NCBI GenBank assembly: GCA_965197905.1
Contig: CBDAOB010000005.1
Location: forward strand, 2,304,001 to 2,368,000
Origin: Candidatus Latescibacterota bacterium
Lineage (GTDB): Bacteria; Latescibacterota; UBA2968; UBA8231
DNA: 64,000 nt
Reading direction: 5' to 3'
Shown: positions 38,831 through 48,376 of the stretch, one piece after another
Numbering within the stretch: the stretch's first letter is position 1
Layout of the letters: each line of letters begins with the position of its first letter
The notes under the pieces: generated by a model
Seen by the model: the letters and a program-made list of their open reading frames with translations, nothing else
Database searches by the model: none
What the model was told of the DNA's origin: nothing
Program-made: the position numbers and the translations under genes

Positions 38831-39915
38831 AGATTGATAGCAAGGGAATGGACTTCGTCATCGTCGGCGAGAACATTCACACCACTCGCGTCGTGCTCCG
38901 CAAAGGCAAGCTCGTAGTAGACGATCCCTCCGGCACGGAATCGGTGCGTTTTTACGACACGGGGAAGAAACGTCGCTATCTCCCCATACCCGAGAAGACC
39001 AAAACTACACAGGACTATGAAGAGGGCCGGATCAAGCATGTGAAAATTGCCGTGGAAGCGGCGATGGCCGGCGAGGAAGTGGGTCTCCTCTACTTGGGTC
39101 GCATGGTGCAACGGCAAGTCGAAGCGAAGGCCGATTTCCTCGACTTGAACGTCGACGAGATCGCGCTCAAGCTGGACCATCAAAAGGAAGCAATGCAGTG
39201 GTTGAGCAACGCCGTCATGGAGATGACGGACACCGCTCTTTCCATAGATTCCTCCAACGCGGAGATTATCGAGGTCGGGCTCGAAGCATGCGCGAAGAGT
39301 GGGCGCAAGAACATGCTCAACTCCGCCTCACTGGAACGCAGAGACGCGCTCGACCTGGCCAAAAGGTATGAGTGTGCCGTCGTCGTCACCGCCGCCGGCG
39401 CTTCGGGCATGCCTCAGAACGCGGAGGAGCGTATCGATCACGCCACCCAAATGGTAGACGCGGCGCTGGAAAAGGGGATACCGGCCGCGGACATCTTCGT
39501 CGATCCTCTGGTCTTTCCTATCTCGGTGAACATGGAGTTCGGACATCATTGTCTCGATGCAATTCGCTCACTGCGCCAGAGATACGGTTCCGAGATCCAC
39601 ATAACCGGAGGATTCAGCAATGTCTCCTTCGGCATCCCCTGCCGGCGACTCGTCAACGATGTTTTTTTGAATTTGGTTGAAGAGGCAGGGGCCGACAGCG
39701 GCATCATCGATCCAGTCGCAAGCGACCTGAACGAAGTGTTCACCATGGAAAAGGAGGACAGTTCCTACAAGCTGGCCGAGGATATGCTGTTGGGAAGGGA
39801 CGAGCATTGCAAGAACTTTTTGACAGCGTATCGAAAGGGCGAGCTCGCCGTTTTAGTCGGGGGCAGACCCCGCGAGCGGATCGATTTGCGACCTGGCGCA
39901 AAGGAGTACCGTTGA
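38827..39915 (+). CDS. Pterin-binding methyltransferase (AcsE / MetH folate-domain type)
   Basis: IVGENIH, FLDLNVD, LSIDSS, MLNS, IFVDPLVFP, GGFSNVSFG, SGIIDP; ATGA overlap with metF. Confidence 0.85.
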   Translation: MKIDSKGMDFVIVGENIHTTRVVLRKGKLVVDDPSGTESVRFYDTGKKRRYLPIPEKTKTTQDYEEGRIKHVKIAVEAAMAGEEVGLLYLGRMVQRQVEAKADFLDLNVDEIALKLDHQKEAMQWLSNAVMEMTDTALSIDSSNAEIIEVGLEACAKSGRKNMLNSASLERRDALDLAKRYECAVVVTAAGASGMPQNAEERIDHATQMVDAALEKGIPAADIFVDPLVFPISVNMEFGHHCLDAIRSLRQRYGSEIHITGGFSNVSFGIPCRRLVNDVFLNLVEEAGADSGIIDPVASDLNEVFTMEKEDSSYKLAEDMLLGRDEHCKNFLTAYRKGELAVLVGGRPRERIDLRPGAKEYR

Positions 39916-39916
39916 C

Positions 39917-40177
39917 ATGGCTGAATACCAGATCCTGTACTGGCGCGACATTCCTGCGCAACTGAAGGCGTTCGAGGGCAAGAAGCCGATCTCGCGCCCG
40001 TTGTCCGACCGCTTTCAGGTGGAGATCGACCGTGTTGCCATGGAGGATGGCCTCTTCGGCACCGACGAATACCTCGACCAGTGGCAATGGTCGGAGAAAC
40101 AGGAGCGCGAGGGAAGCGCCGAAGAGGTACTGGATGCCCTCTCGGCCGAGTTGGAAGCGAAGTACGACCAGTTCTGA
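39917..40177 (+). CDS. Small 'Virulence factor' (PF13769-like) protein associated with corrinoid methyltransferase clusters
   Basis: [30 protein letters not shown] pattern. Confidence 0.75.
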   Translation: MAEYQILYWRDIPAQLKAFEGKKPISRPLSDRFQVEIDRVAMEDGLFGTDEYLDQWQWSEKQEREGSAEEVLDALSAELEAKYDQF

Positions 40178-42078
40178 TGTTTGACACCCAGGCTACATAC
40201 GAGGTAATCGTGGTCGGAGGCGGTCATGCGGGCGTCGAGGCGGCTCTCGCCGCCAGCCGCATGGGTGCGAAAACGTTGCTGCTCACCATGAATCTGGACA
40301 CCATCGGGCAGATGTCGTGCAACCCGGCCATCGGCGGAATCGGCAAAGGCCACATGGTGAAAGAGATCGATGCCTTAGGCGGCCAGATGGCGGTCAACAT
40401 CGATCGCACCGGTATCCAGTTTCGACGGCTGAACACCAGCCGTGGTCCGGCGGTCCGTGCCTCCCGCGCCCAGGCAGACAAAAAAGCCTACCAGTTCGAA
40501 CTGAAGTTCGAATGCGAGAAGCAGGACCACCTGGATATCCGCCAGGGCATGATGGAGGACCTGTTCGTCGAACGTGGTCGTGTCCTCGGTGTTGGTCTGA
40601 AGGGTGGCGGTCGATTCGGGGCCTCTTCGGTTGTGCTCACCACCGGAACCTTTTTGCGCGGCAAGATCTACGTGGGCGACGTGACTCATCGCGCCGGTCG
40701 CGCCGGCGAGGAACCGGCCGATCGAGCCTCCGAGGGGCTGGCGGGACTTGGATTCGAATTGGGCCGGCTGAAAACGGGCACGCCGCCGCGGGTGAACGGA
40801 CGCACTATCGATTTCGACGCCACCCAACCTCAGCCCGGCGACGAGCCGCCGCGGTCTTTTTCCTATCAAACCGAGAAGATCGAACAAGCTCAAGTCCCCT
40901 GCTGGATAACCTATACCAACCCGACTACCCATCGCCTGATCGAGGAGAACCTCGAACGATCGGCGATGTACAGCGGCTTGATAGAAGGGATCGGACCGCG
41001 CTATTGTCCGTCCATAGAAGACAAAGTGGTCAAATTCAGGGACCGGGAAAGGCATCAGATCTTCATCGAGCCAGAAGGTCGCCGAACCCTGGAGCATTAC
41101 ATCAACGGACTCTCCATGAGCCTACCGGAAGAGGTGCAGAACCAGGTAGTGCACACCATCCCCGGCCTTGAACGGGCCCAGGTCATGCGACCGGCCTACG
41201 CGGTAGAATACGATTACGCCATCCCCACCCAGCTCTACCCGCACCTGGAAACCAAACTCGTCGGCGGCCTCTTCTTTGCCGGACAGATCAACGGCACGAC
41301 CGGGTACGAAGAAGCGGCTGCCCAGGGTCTTATGGCGGGCATCAACGCCGTGCTGAAGAGTCGCACCGAAGAGCCGTTCGTCCTGCAGCGCTCTGAAGCC
41401 TACATCGGAGTACTGGTGGACGACCTGGTGACCAAGGGCACGCAGGAACCCTACCGAATCTTTACGTCGCGGGCAGAATACCGGCTTTTGCTGCGCGAGG
41501 ACAATGCCGATTACCGCCTCATGGAGATGGGACGCCGGCTCGGTCTGATCGGCGACCGTATCTACCAGCGCTATCAGAGCAAGCGACGGCAAGTTGAGAC
41601 CGAGCTCGAGCGACTGAACCAACAGCGGGTCGGTCTGGACGAGAAGATTCAGGAAACCCTGCGGGCATGCGGGTCGACGCCTCTGAAGGAACCGGCGCGT
41701 CTGGCGGATCTGCTGCGACGGCCCGAGATCGGCTATCGGCAGATAACATTGCTGGCGCCCCCCGACCAACCGTTGACGATGGACGCCGCGGAGCACGTGG
41801 AGGCTACGATCAAATACGAGTCGTACATCAGAAGGCAGGTCGATCAGGCGGAGAAACTCAAGCGACTGGAGGAGATGCGCATCCCCAATGGATTCGACTA
41901 TTCCCGAGAGACCGTCAACCTGTCGGCGGAAGCCAGGCAGAAGCTTGCTGCCGTGCAGCCCCGGACCCTCGGACAGGCATCGCGTATCTCCGGTGTGTCG
42001 CCGGCCGACCTGTCAGCCTTGATGGTTCTGCTGCACGCCCGCTCCCAATCCGCCGACAACAGCACCAACGCCGCCTGA
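40177..42078 (+). CDS. mnmG: tRNA uridine-5-carboxymethylaminomethyl synthesis enzyme MnmG (GidA)
   Basis: [66 protein letters not shown] overlap with the previous stop. Confidence 0.97.
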   Translation: MFDTQATYEVIVVGGGHAGVEAALAASRMGAKTLLLTMNLDTIGQMSCNPAIGGIGKGHMVKEIDALGGQMAVNIDRTGIQFRRLNTSRGPAVRASRAQADKKAYQFELKFECEKQDHLDIRQGMMEDLFVERGRVLGVGLKGGGRFGASSVVLTTGTFLRGKIYVGDVTHRAGRAGEEPADRASEGLAGLGFELGRLKTGTPPRVNGRTIDFDATQPQPGDEPPRSFSYQTEKIEQAQVPCWITYTNPTTHRLIEENLERSAMYSGLIEGIGPRYCPSIEDKVVKFRDRERHQIFIEPEGRRTLEHYINGLSMSLPEEVQNQVVHTIPGLERAQVMRPAYAVEYDYAIPTQLYPHLETKLVGGLFFAGQINGTTGYEEAAAQGLMAGINAVLKSRTEEPFVLQRSEAYIGVLVDDLVTKGTQEPYRIFTSRAEYRLLLREDNADYRLMEMGRRLGLIGDRIYQRYQSKRRQVETELERLNQQRVGLDEKIQETLRACGSTPLKEPARLADLLRRPEIGYRQITLLAPPDQPLTMDAAEHVEATIKYESYIRRQVDQAEKLKRLEEMRIPNGFDYSRETVNLSAEARQKLAAVQPRTLGQASRISGVSPADLSALMVLLHARSQSADNSTNAA

Positions 42079-42113
42079 GCTCGGGAGGGGATGCTGCCGC
42101 CCGCGGGGACAGC

Positions 42114-43244
42114 TCATTCCTTCCAGGTCCGAGAATCCTGACGAATATACCAACGATCGATCTCGCCATCCCGGTCCAGATCTTCAACTTCCTCCAGGTA
42201 GGCTTCGAACCAGCGGTCCGTTGCGCGAATGATGGGCGGCCATAGATAATCCTTCAGCAGCCGGTGTTTTATACCCAGCGAATCGAGATCGGACGCGTAC
42301 CGACCGTTTTCATCGTGGTAGCGGCGCTGTTGCTCGTAGATCTCGCGCAGGAGCCTCAGCGCTTCGGATTGTCGCGGCAGCGGAAATGCGGACGGTCCAC
42401 CGCCGGCCAAGTCGGCGGAAAACTGCACGTAACCCCAGCGTTCGGGGTGGTGCATCGTGTTGGCCCCTTGGGGTGACCAGGACCAGGTCTGGGAGCGGCT
42501 GTCGGCCGACTTCCCCGACCTGCCGCCTTCCCCCACCTCCCACTGCACCCGCGAAAAGTTGACCCTCCATTGGTTTCCCGGTCGCGGTGGCACCAGGCGG
42601 TGGGCGCACTCCTTCAGCACAGCCCAGGGCAGCGCGATCTCGACCGTCCAGCCTTCATCCTCGTCCAGGGGATTGTTGAGGGTGCCCCAGATATGCACCG
42701 CGCTCTTCAAGCCGGCGATGTCCCATGCCATCACCGCGCTGCCGCCGTCTCGGTACGGCTTAGTCAGCAGCTGATCCAGGATGGTTCCAAGCGCATTGAT
42801 CTCTACCTCGTAATACTCATGGGTGTCCCCGTCCGGGTCGATGTAGATCTCGAAGTCGTTGTCGTGGTATATCGTCGCATCCCGCTCTTTGAGGGTCGCC
42901 CACACGTGGCGATCCTGCAGATCGGCCGCGACGTAGAAGTGGGTGTCATCCCACAGCATCTTGCACCGGGTGCGGAACTCAGGATTCTCGCTTGAGACCC
43001 CTTCGATGTCTTGGAACTCGTCGGTCCACGAGACACGTTGCCAACCTGGCTCGTCCAACCGGCCATCGATCTCCAGCTTTCCGGCGGAACGGTAGGCGAT
43101 ATACCGATGCGGCTCCAGGTTGCCAGCCTCATCGCCATGAATTTCCGCAGCGAGGCCCAGCAGGAACACGAGCACGCATCGCAGGAGACACGCGCTCGAC
43201 AGTGCCAACAATCCTTTCCTAGGGCCGTCTCCAATCCGCTTCAT
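42114..43244 (-). CDS. Secreted carbohydrate-binding family 9-like (DOMON-like) protein
   Basis: IDGRLDE, LWDD, HDNDFEIYIDP, EINALG, WTVEIALPW, WRVNFSRV, HHPERWG; signal peptide. Confidence 0.8.
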   Translation of the reverse strand: MKRIGDGPRKGLLALSSACLLRCVLVFLLGLAAEIHGDEAGNLEPHRYIAYRSAGKLEIDGRLDEPGWQRVSWTDEFQDIEGVSSENPEFRTRCKMLWDDTHFYVAADLQDRHVWATLKERDATIYHDNDFEIYIDPDGDTHEYYEVEINALGTILDQLLTKPYRDGGSAVMAWDIAGLKSAVHIWGTLNNPLDEDEGWTVEIALPWAVLKECAHRLVPPRPGNQWRVNFSRVQWEVGEGGRSGKSADSRSQTWSWSPQGANTMHHPERWGYVQFSADLAGGGPSAFPLPRQSEALRLLREIYEQQRRYHDENGRYASDLDSLGIKHRLLKDYLWPPIIRATDRWFEAYLEEVEDLDRDGEIDRWYIRQDSRTWKE

Positions 43245-43356
43245 CTCTTTAATATATTGCCATGCCCTGGCCTCCCCAAGTTGCCTCAAACTAGATCTGC
43301 TCCGAAATTGTTTGCCGAACTCTTGCGTCGCCACGGGCATTTGATATTAGTTTTTG

Positions 43357-44004
43357 ATGGCTAAATCTTTGAACTTGATCCTACTTGGGCCCCCAGGCTC
43401 CGGCAAGGGGACCCAGGCCGAGCGCTTGGAAGAACTCCTGAAGCTCGAACATGTCTCTACCGGCGACATTCTGCGCGACGCCGTGGACAAAGGCAATTCG
43501 CTGGGCCAAGAGGTCAGGGAGTTCCTGAATGCAGGAAAGCTGGTCTCGGACGAGCTGGTTGCCCGCATTGTGGATCATAGACTCGACGAGCTAGGTGACC
43601 GCGGTTTCGTACTGGACGGATATCCCCGCACCATCGGGCAGGCTCTCTCTCTGGACCGGTGGAGTTCCGGCAGCGGGGTTGCCTTGGATGCGGTCGTCTT
43701 TATCGATGTGGCCGAGCAGACAGTGGTCGAGCGCATCACCGGGCGGCGCATCGACCCGGACACTGGCCGCGTGTATCAACGCTCTGAGCCCCTGCCGGAG
43801 GAGATTCGCTCACGGTTGAGACAACGGAACGACGATCATGAGGATGTCGTCAAGAAACGGCTGGAAATTTACCATCAGCTGACCAAGCCCGTCATCCACC
43901 ACTATGAAGAGTTGGGGGTTTTGAATCGGATTGATGGCGCCTTCGATCCCGATCAAGTATTTGCCAGCATTCTGCAACTCGAGCCGATCAAACGCCAGGT
44001 TTGA
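43357..44004 (+). CDS. adk: Adenylate kinase
   Basis: GPPGSGKGTQ, STGDILR, LDGYPRT, RNDD. Confidence 0.95.
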   Translation: MAKSLNLILLGPPGSGKGTQAERLEELLKLEHVSTGDILRDAVDKGNSLGQEVREFLNAGKLVSDELVARIVDHRLDELGDRGFVLDGYPRTIGQALSLDRWSSGSGVALDAVVFIDVAEQTVVERITGRRIDPDTGRVYQRSEPLPEEIRSRLRQRNDDHEDVVKKRLEIYHQLTKPVIHHYEELGVLNRIDGAFDPDQVFASILQLEPIKRQV

Positions 44005-44073
44005 CAGCCTGGTCACGCCTACCTTATTTTTCACATAATTCGTTGTTTTTATTGAGAAAGGGATCGTTTCGTC

Positions 44074-44397
44074 ATGGCCGATCAGGAGAGTTTGGACTTC
44101 TACAAATCGGGTATGGGCAAATTCGTTCAGCAGGATTTCGAAGGAGCGTTGGCCGATTTCGGAAGTGCCCTCGAACTCGATCCACAGTACGCTGACGTCA
44201 TTCAGTCTATCGCCCATGTTTACGAAAAGCTGGACGATATGGACAAGGCGTTGGAATACGCCAAGCGAGCTGTCGAGGCCAATCCGGACGATTTCATGGC
44301 TCATACCAGCCTCTCCATGTTCTATCAGCGAACGGGAAACATTCCCGAAGCTGAAAAGGAGCTGGCGATCGCTGCAGAGCTGCAGGATGGGAAATAG
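44074..44397 (+). CDS. Small tetratricopeptide-repeat protein
   Basis: TPR pattern (ALELDP, ALEYAKRAVEANP, AHTSLS). Confidence 0.85.
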   Translation: MADQESLDFYKSGMGKFVQQDFEGALADFGSALELDPQYADVIQSIAHVYEKLDDMDKALEYAKRAVEANPDDFMAHTSLSMFYQRTGNIPEAEKELAIAAELQDGK

Positions 44398-44448
44398 GCT
44401 CCCAAAACCCGTATTCCCTAACAACCCTGCCTCAGGCCCCAACAGACC

Positions 44449-45495
44449 ATGCGCATAGGGCCCCACACACTCGCCCCATTCAAACCTGGAATGCCAGTCT
44501 TGACCCTGGCCCCGCTCGCAGGCGTCGGCAATTGGGTCTTCCGGCTCATCTGCGCTCGTCTTGGCGCCAAGATAGTCGGGGTCGAATTCATCAATTGTCG
44601 AAACGTGCACGAGAAATCCCGCCGGCAGGCACGGCTCATGGATTTTTCCGATGCCGAGATTTATCGCAATACAGAAATGTCCCTGCTTGCGGCCCAGATC
44701 TACGGCAACGACGAAACCCTCATTGCCTCCAGCGCGCAACTCTTGGAGGAGCGCGGGACCGACGTTCTCGATATCAATTTCGGCTGCTCGGTGCCGCGCA
44801 TCGTGCAAAAGGGCTCTGGCGCTGCTTATCTGAAGGATCTCGATCGGTTATACGAAGCAGTACGGCTCACAGTAGAGGCGGTCAGCATTCCAGTCATCGT
44901 GAAAACGCGAATCGGGTGGGACGCCACAGATATCAACATCCTCGAGGTCGTCGACCGGGTAATCGCCGCGGGAGCTCAAGCGATAGCGATCCATGCTCGG
45001 ACTGTGGCACAGAAATACAAGGGCAGGGCCGATTGGGATTGGATTGCGCGTGCCAAAGAGAGAGCGACGATCCCGGTCCTTGGCAATGGCGACGTATGCA
45101 CCTACGACGACGCCGTCGCGATGCAGCAACACACCGGCTGCGACGCGGTGATGATAGGACGCGCTGCAATGGCCAATCCTTGGATCTTCTCTGGCCGCCG
45201 CGGCGCCCTGCTGATCGAGCGCATCGACCTCGCACTGGATCAGCTGCGCCTGATGGCCATCTACAAAGGTGAGCGAGTGGGCATACTTGAGACCCGCAAA
45301 CACCTGGCGTTGTATTTCAGATCGCTGCCCCGAACCTCCGAGCTGCGGGCGAGTCTGCTCACCGCAGGCACCCTGACCGAGCTCGCCGATCTGCTCAACG
45401 CCTGGCGCGAGTCTGCAGATCCTCAAGACCACGAGGAAGACATGAGCCTTACTCCGGTGGAGGCAGACGCATTGGCCTGGGGAGGAACCGATTGA
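44449..45495 (+). CDS. dusB: tRNA-dihydrouridine synthase (DusB-like)
   Basis: LAPLAG, DINFGCSV, GSGAA, KTRIGW, HARTV, NGDV, MIGRAAMANPWIF. Confidence 0.88.
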   Translation: MRIGPHTLAPFKPGMPVLTLAPLAGVGNWVFRLICARLGAKIVGVEFINCRNVHEKSRRQARLMDFSDAEIYRNTEMSLLAAQIYGNDETLIASSAQLLEERGTDVLDINFGCSVPRIVQKGSGAAYLKDLDRLYEAVRLTVEAVSIPVIVKTRIGWDATDINILEVVDRVIAAGAQAIAIHARTVAQKYKGRADWDWIARAKERATIPVLGNGDVCTYDDAVAMQQHTGCDAVMIGRAAMANPWIFSGRRGALLIERIDLALDQLRLMAIYKGERVGILETRKHLALYFRSLPRTSELRASLLTAGTLTELADLLNAWRESADPQDHEEDMSLTPVEADALAWGGTD

Positions 45496-45511
45496 TGGAG
45501 ACGCAGACAAC

Positions 45512-45985
45512 GTGATGAACTGGAAGACTATCCTGGCATCTCTCGTTTTTGTGCTGGCCGTTGCCGGCTGCGACCAAGAGCCAATATCGCTTGAGGTCTT
45601 TCCGGCGATGTTGGCGAGCCCGCAAGAGGGACCGCCCGCCGAATGGAGACGGGTCGAATTCGAAGGCAGCGTTCGCAGCCCCGGCGGCATCTACCTGGTG
45701 GCGACCGATCGTCTCTTCTCCGACTGGAACATCACCGCCTTCAGGCCATCGCCGCAAACAGATGGCAGCGTCGCCATCAACATCCGCCTGAACGAGTACG
45801 CCCGTCGAAAGATGGCTGCGTTCAGTGCGGACCCCGCCAACCTTAAGAAACCCGTGGCCGTAAACGTCAACGGTCGCTGGACCGATTTCGTTCCGATTCT
45901 GGGCCCCGTTGGCGATCGCTTTACGTTGTTCGGCCTGACGGAAAGCGAGGTCGAGGGCCTGCAACACCAGTTGGACACCCGCTAA
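45512..45985 (+). CDS. Lipoprotein with SecDF P1-head-like domain
   Basis: VAGC lipobox; AINIRLN...KMAAFS...KKPVAVNVNGR...PILGP resembles the SecD P1 head. Confidence 0.55.
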   Translation: MMNWKTILASLVFVLAVAGCDQEPISLEVFPAMLASPQEGPPAEWRRVEFEGSVRSPGGIYLVATDRLFSDWNITAFRPSPQTDGSVAINIRLNEYARRKMAAFSADPANLKKPVAVNVNGRWTDFVPILGPVGDRFTLFGLTESEVEGLQHQLDTR

Positions 45986-46006
45986 GCAACATCGTGCATG
46001 TGAGGC

Positions 46007-46735
46007 ATGTTGGACACCATTGACCAAGCCAAAATCGACCTGGTTGCTGCTTTGCGCTGGGCGCATAGATGCGGGCTCGGCGAAGGCATCTGCAACCACT
46101 TTAGCCTGGCCCTGCCCGGTCGTGACGATCAATTTCTGTTGAATCCTCAAGGTCGTCAGTGGAGCGAGGTCGCCGTCAGCGACCTCTTGGTGGTCGATGG
46201 TAGCGGCAAACTGGTTGAGGGAAAACACGAAGCCGAAGCAACCGCCTTTTTTATTCATGCGGCGATCCATCGCGCCAGTTCGGCCGCAGCCTGCGTCCTG
46301 CATACCCATATGCCGTACGCCACGGTTCTCTGTTGTCTGCAAAGGGAACAGCTGGAATGGTTGCATCAAAATTCGACGCGATTCTACGGTAGGGTGGCCT
46401 ATCTGGAATCGTTCAACGGACTGGCTCTTGAGGATGATGAAGGGAGCAGGCTTGCCGCAGAATTTGAAAGCGCCCGCGTGCTGTTTCTCGCCAACCACGG
46501 TGTGATTGTGGTTGGACCGGACGTGGCAACGGCATTCGACGATCTCTATTATCTGGAGCGGGCCTGTATGATTCAGGTATTGGCGCGGTCGACCGGATCA
46601 CCACTGCGACTCATTCCCGCGGCGACATGTCAACGAACGGCGGATCAATTCGAGGAGATCCGCCGCCAATCCCATCTGCACCTGGAATCCGCCAAGAGAA
46701 TCCTCCGGCGTGAGGAGCCGGACGCATTCGTATGA
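46007..46735 (+). CDS. Class II aldolase/adducin family protein
   Basis: GICNHFS, IHAAIH, LHTH, NHG, LERAC. Confidence 0.9.
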   Translation: MLDTIDQAKIDLVAALRWAHRCGLGEGICNHFSLALPGRDDQFLLNPQGRQWSEVAVSDLLVVDGSGKLVEGKHEAEATAFFIHAAIHRASSAAACVLHTHMPYATVLCCLQREQLEWLHQNSTRFYGRVAYLESFNGLALEDDEGSRLAAEFESARVLFLANHGVIVVGPDVATAFDDLYYLERACMIQVLARSTGSPLRLIPAATCQRTADQFEEIRRQSHLHLESAKRILRREEPDAFV

Positions 46736-46745
46736 GCAGAGCGCA

Positions 46746-47720
46746 GTGAAAGAAGTCCTGATTGTCGGGCCCGGCGGACTGGGAGGAACATTGGCGGCGA
46801 TGCTGGCTGCTGCCGGCTCCTGCCGCGTCCGAATAATGGGGCGCCCCGGCGCACACACGGACGCCATTCGCCATCACGGCATCCGTGTGTTCGGGCTCAA
46901 GGAACTTTCTGTTCCCCTCGAGTTCGCCGATGAAGCCAATCCGGTCGGCGAATGCGATGTGATCATATACGCGACGAAAGCCCAGCACACCGCGGCGGCA
47001 CTGGAACAGACAACGAGAATCAATGTCCGCGAATTCGTGGCATCGATTCAGAACGGCGTGATCAAGGATGACAAACTCGTTGATGCGTTCGGGCGGGAGA
47101 GGGTAGTGGGCGCTGTAGCTATGGTTGCGGGCGCGCGGACGGAGCCGGGCACCATCAACTTTACCTACGACGGCGGCACCTTCCTCGGCGAGCTCGATGG
47201 CGGCTCTTCCGAGCGTGTTGAGGGATTTGTTGCCCTGTGCGAGGAATCGGGTCTCGTCGCGACGGCCGTCGACGACATCGTTGCGGCATCGTGGACCAAG
47301 ATGGTGGGTTGGATCCCTGTCGGTTTGCTGGCAAGCCTTACCCGATGCGACAACGCCACTATTCTATCCAACGAACTGCTTGCCGCCGCGTTCGTAGGTG
47401 TGGTGCGCGAGCTCAACGAGCTTGCGGTCGCCAAAGGGGTGAAGCTGATGGATATCGGACCCTACTCCTCCAGAAGCTGGTGCCAAGGCGAGATCGACGA
47501 GGCGGTCAAGGATGTCATGTCCTCCCCGCTGACCTCCAACCAATCGACCCATTCTGCCCTTCAGGATGTAAACAAGGGTTTGACCACCGAGTTCGAGGCC
47601 TGCGTGCGACCGATGATCGAAGAGGCGTCAAGACTTGGGATTCAGTTGAGCGGCACCCGGGTCCTCTACGCTACACTTATGGGCTTGGAGATATCGCTGC
47701 AAGCAGGGAGAGGCATATGA
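46746..47720 (+). CDS. Ketopantoate reductase (PanE/ApbA) family protein
   Basis: GPGGLGG, ATKA, QNG, WTK, SALQD; GTG start at 46746. Confidence 0.82.
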   Translation: MKEVLIVGPGGLGGTLAAMLAAAGSCRVRIMGRPGAHTDAIRHHGIRVFGLKELSVPLEFADEANPVGECDVIIYATKAQHTAAALEQTTRINVREFVASIQNGVIKDDKLVDAFGRERVVGAVAMVAGARTEPGTINFTYDGGTFLGELDGGSSERVEGFVALCEESGLVATAVDDIVAASWTKMVGWIPVGLLASLTRCDNATILSNELLAAAFVGVVRELNELAVAKGVKLMDIGPYSSRSWCQGEIDEAVKDVMSSPLTSNQSTHSALQDVNKGLTTEFEACVRPMIEEASRLGIQLSGTRVLYATLMGLEISLQAGRGI

Positions 47721-48319
47721 ATCCGCTCACCGACCCCCACATCAAGAAGGTATTGACCCGTCTGGAAAAAGAGGATGACGAGGACCGTCGCTTGCTGAAT
47801 CGACCGCGGGAAGAACGTATGTTTACCCTGCATCCAGATACCGCTTATTTGCTTCATATCCTGGTGCAGGCCTCGAAGGCAAAGAACTTGGTGGAGATCG
47901 GTGTCGCCTACGGCTATTCGACCATCTGGCTTGCCCACGCATCGCGCCTGACTGGCGGCCGCATCTCTTCTCTCGAGATCAATCCGAAGCTGATTGAAAT
48001 TGCCAAGCAGAACGTGGAGGAAGCCGGGTTGTCGAGCCAGGTCGACTTCGTTCTCGGGGACGCCCTGGAATCGGTGCAATCGATCGCTGCCCCGTTCGAC
48101 TTTGTCCTGCTGGATTGTTGGGAATGGCTCTACGTCGAGATGTTGGAGCTTCTGGCCCCCAAACTCCGTCCCGGCGCGCTCCTGGTCGCCGACAACGTTC
48201 ACCCGGGGGCAGAGGATTCGGATCGATTCGTCGAAGCAGTGTCCGCCCATACATCCTTCGAGACGATCGGCGTTCCCATCGGTCGCGACATCCAGGTCAG
48301 CATGAAAGTCGATAATTGA
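47717..48319 (+). CDS. Class I SAM-dependent O-methyltransferase
   Basis: VEIGVAYGYSTIW, GDALE, FDFVLLD, LVADNV; ATGA overlap, GGAG RBS. Confidence 0.9.
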   Translation: MNPLTDPHIKKVLTRLEKEDDEDRRLLNRPREERMFTLHPDTAYLLHILVQASKAKNLVEIGVAYGYSTIWLAHASRLTGGRISSLEINPKLIEIAKQNVEEAGLSSQVDFVLGDALESVQSIAAPFDFVLLDCWEWLYVEMLELLAPKLRPGALLVADNVHPGAEDSDRFVEAVSAHTSFETIGVPIGRDIQVSMKVDN

Positions 48320-48376
48320 TGGCTTCGTCGGGAATGCGTTACCGGGCGCGGCGGGTGAAATCCCAGTTTTGACTCC

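Noticed and set aside
32700..40177. Pyrrolysine or selenocysteine read-through in the methyltransferase cluster
   Set aside because: Each recognised ORF is full length for its family and is followed closely by the next gene; no MttB/MtbB/MtmB-type gene with an in-frame TAG was seen.
40177..43356. oriC near mnmG (gidA)
   Set aside because: No intergenic space upstream and no cluster of TTATCCACA boxes or AT-rich unwinding region seen.
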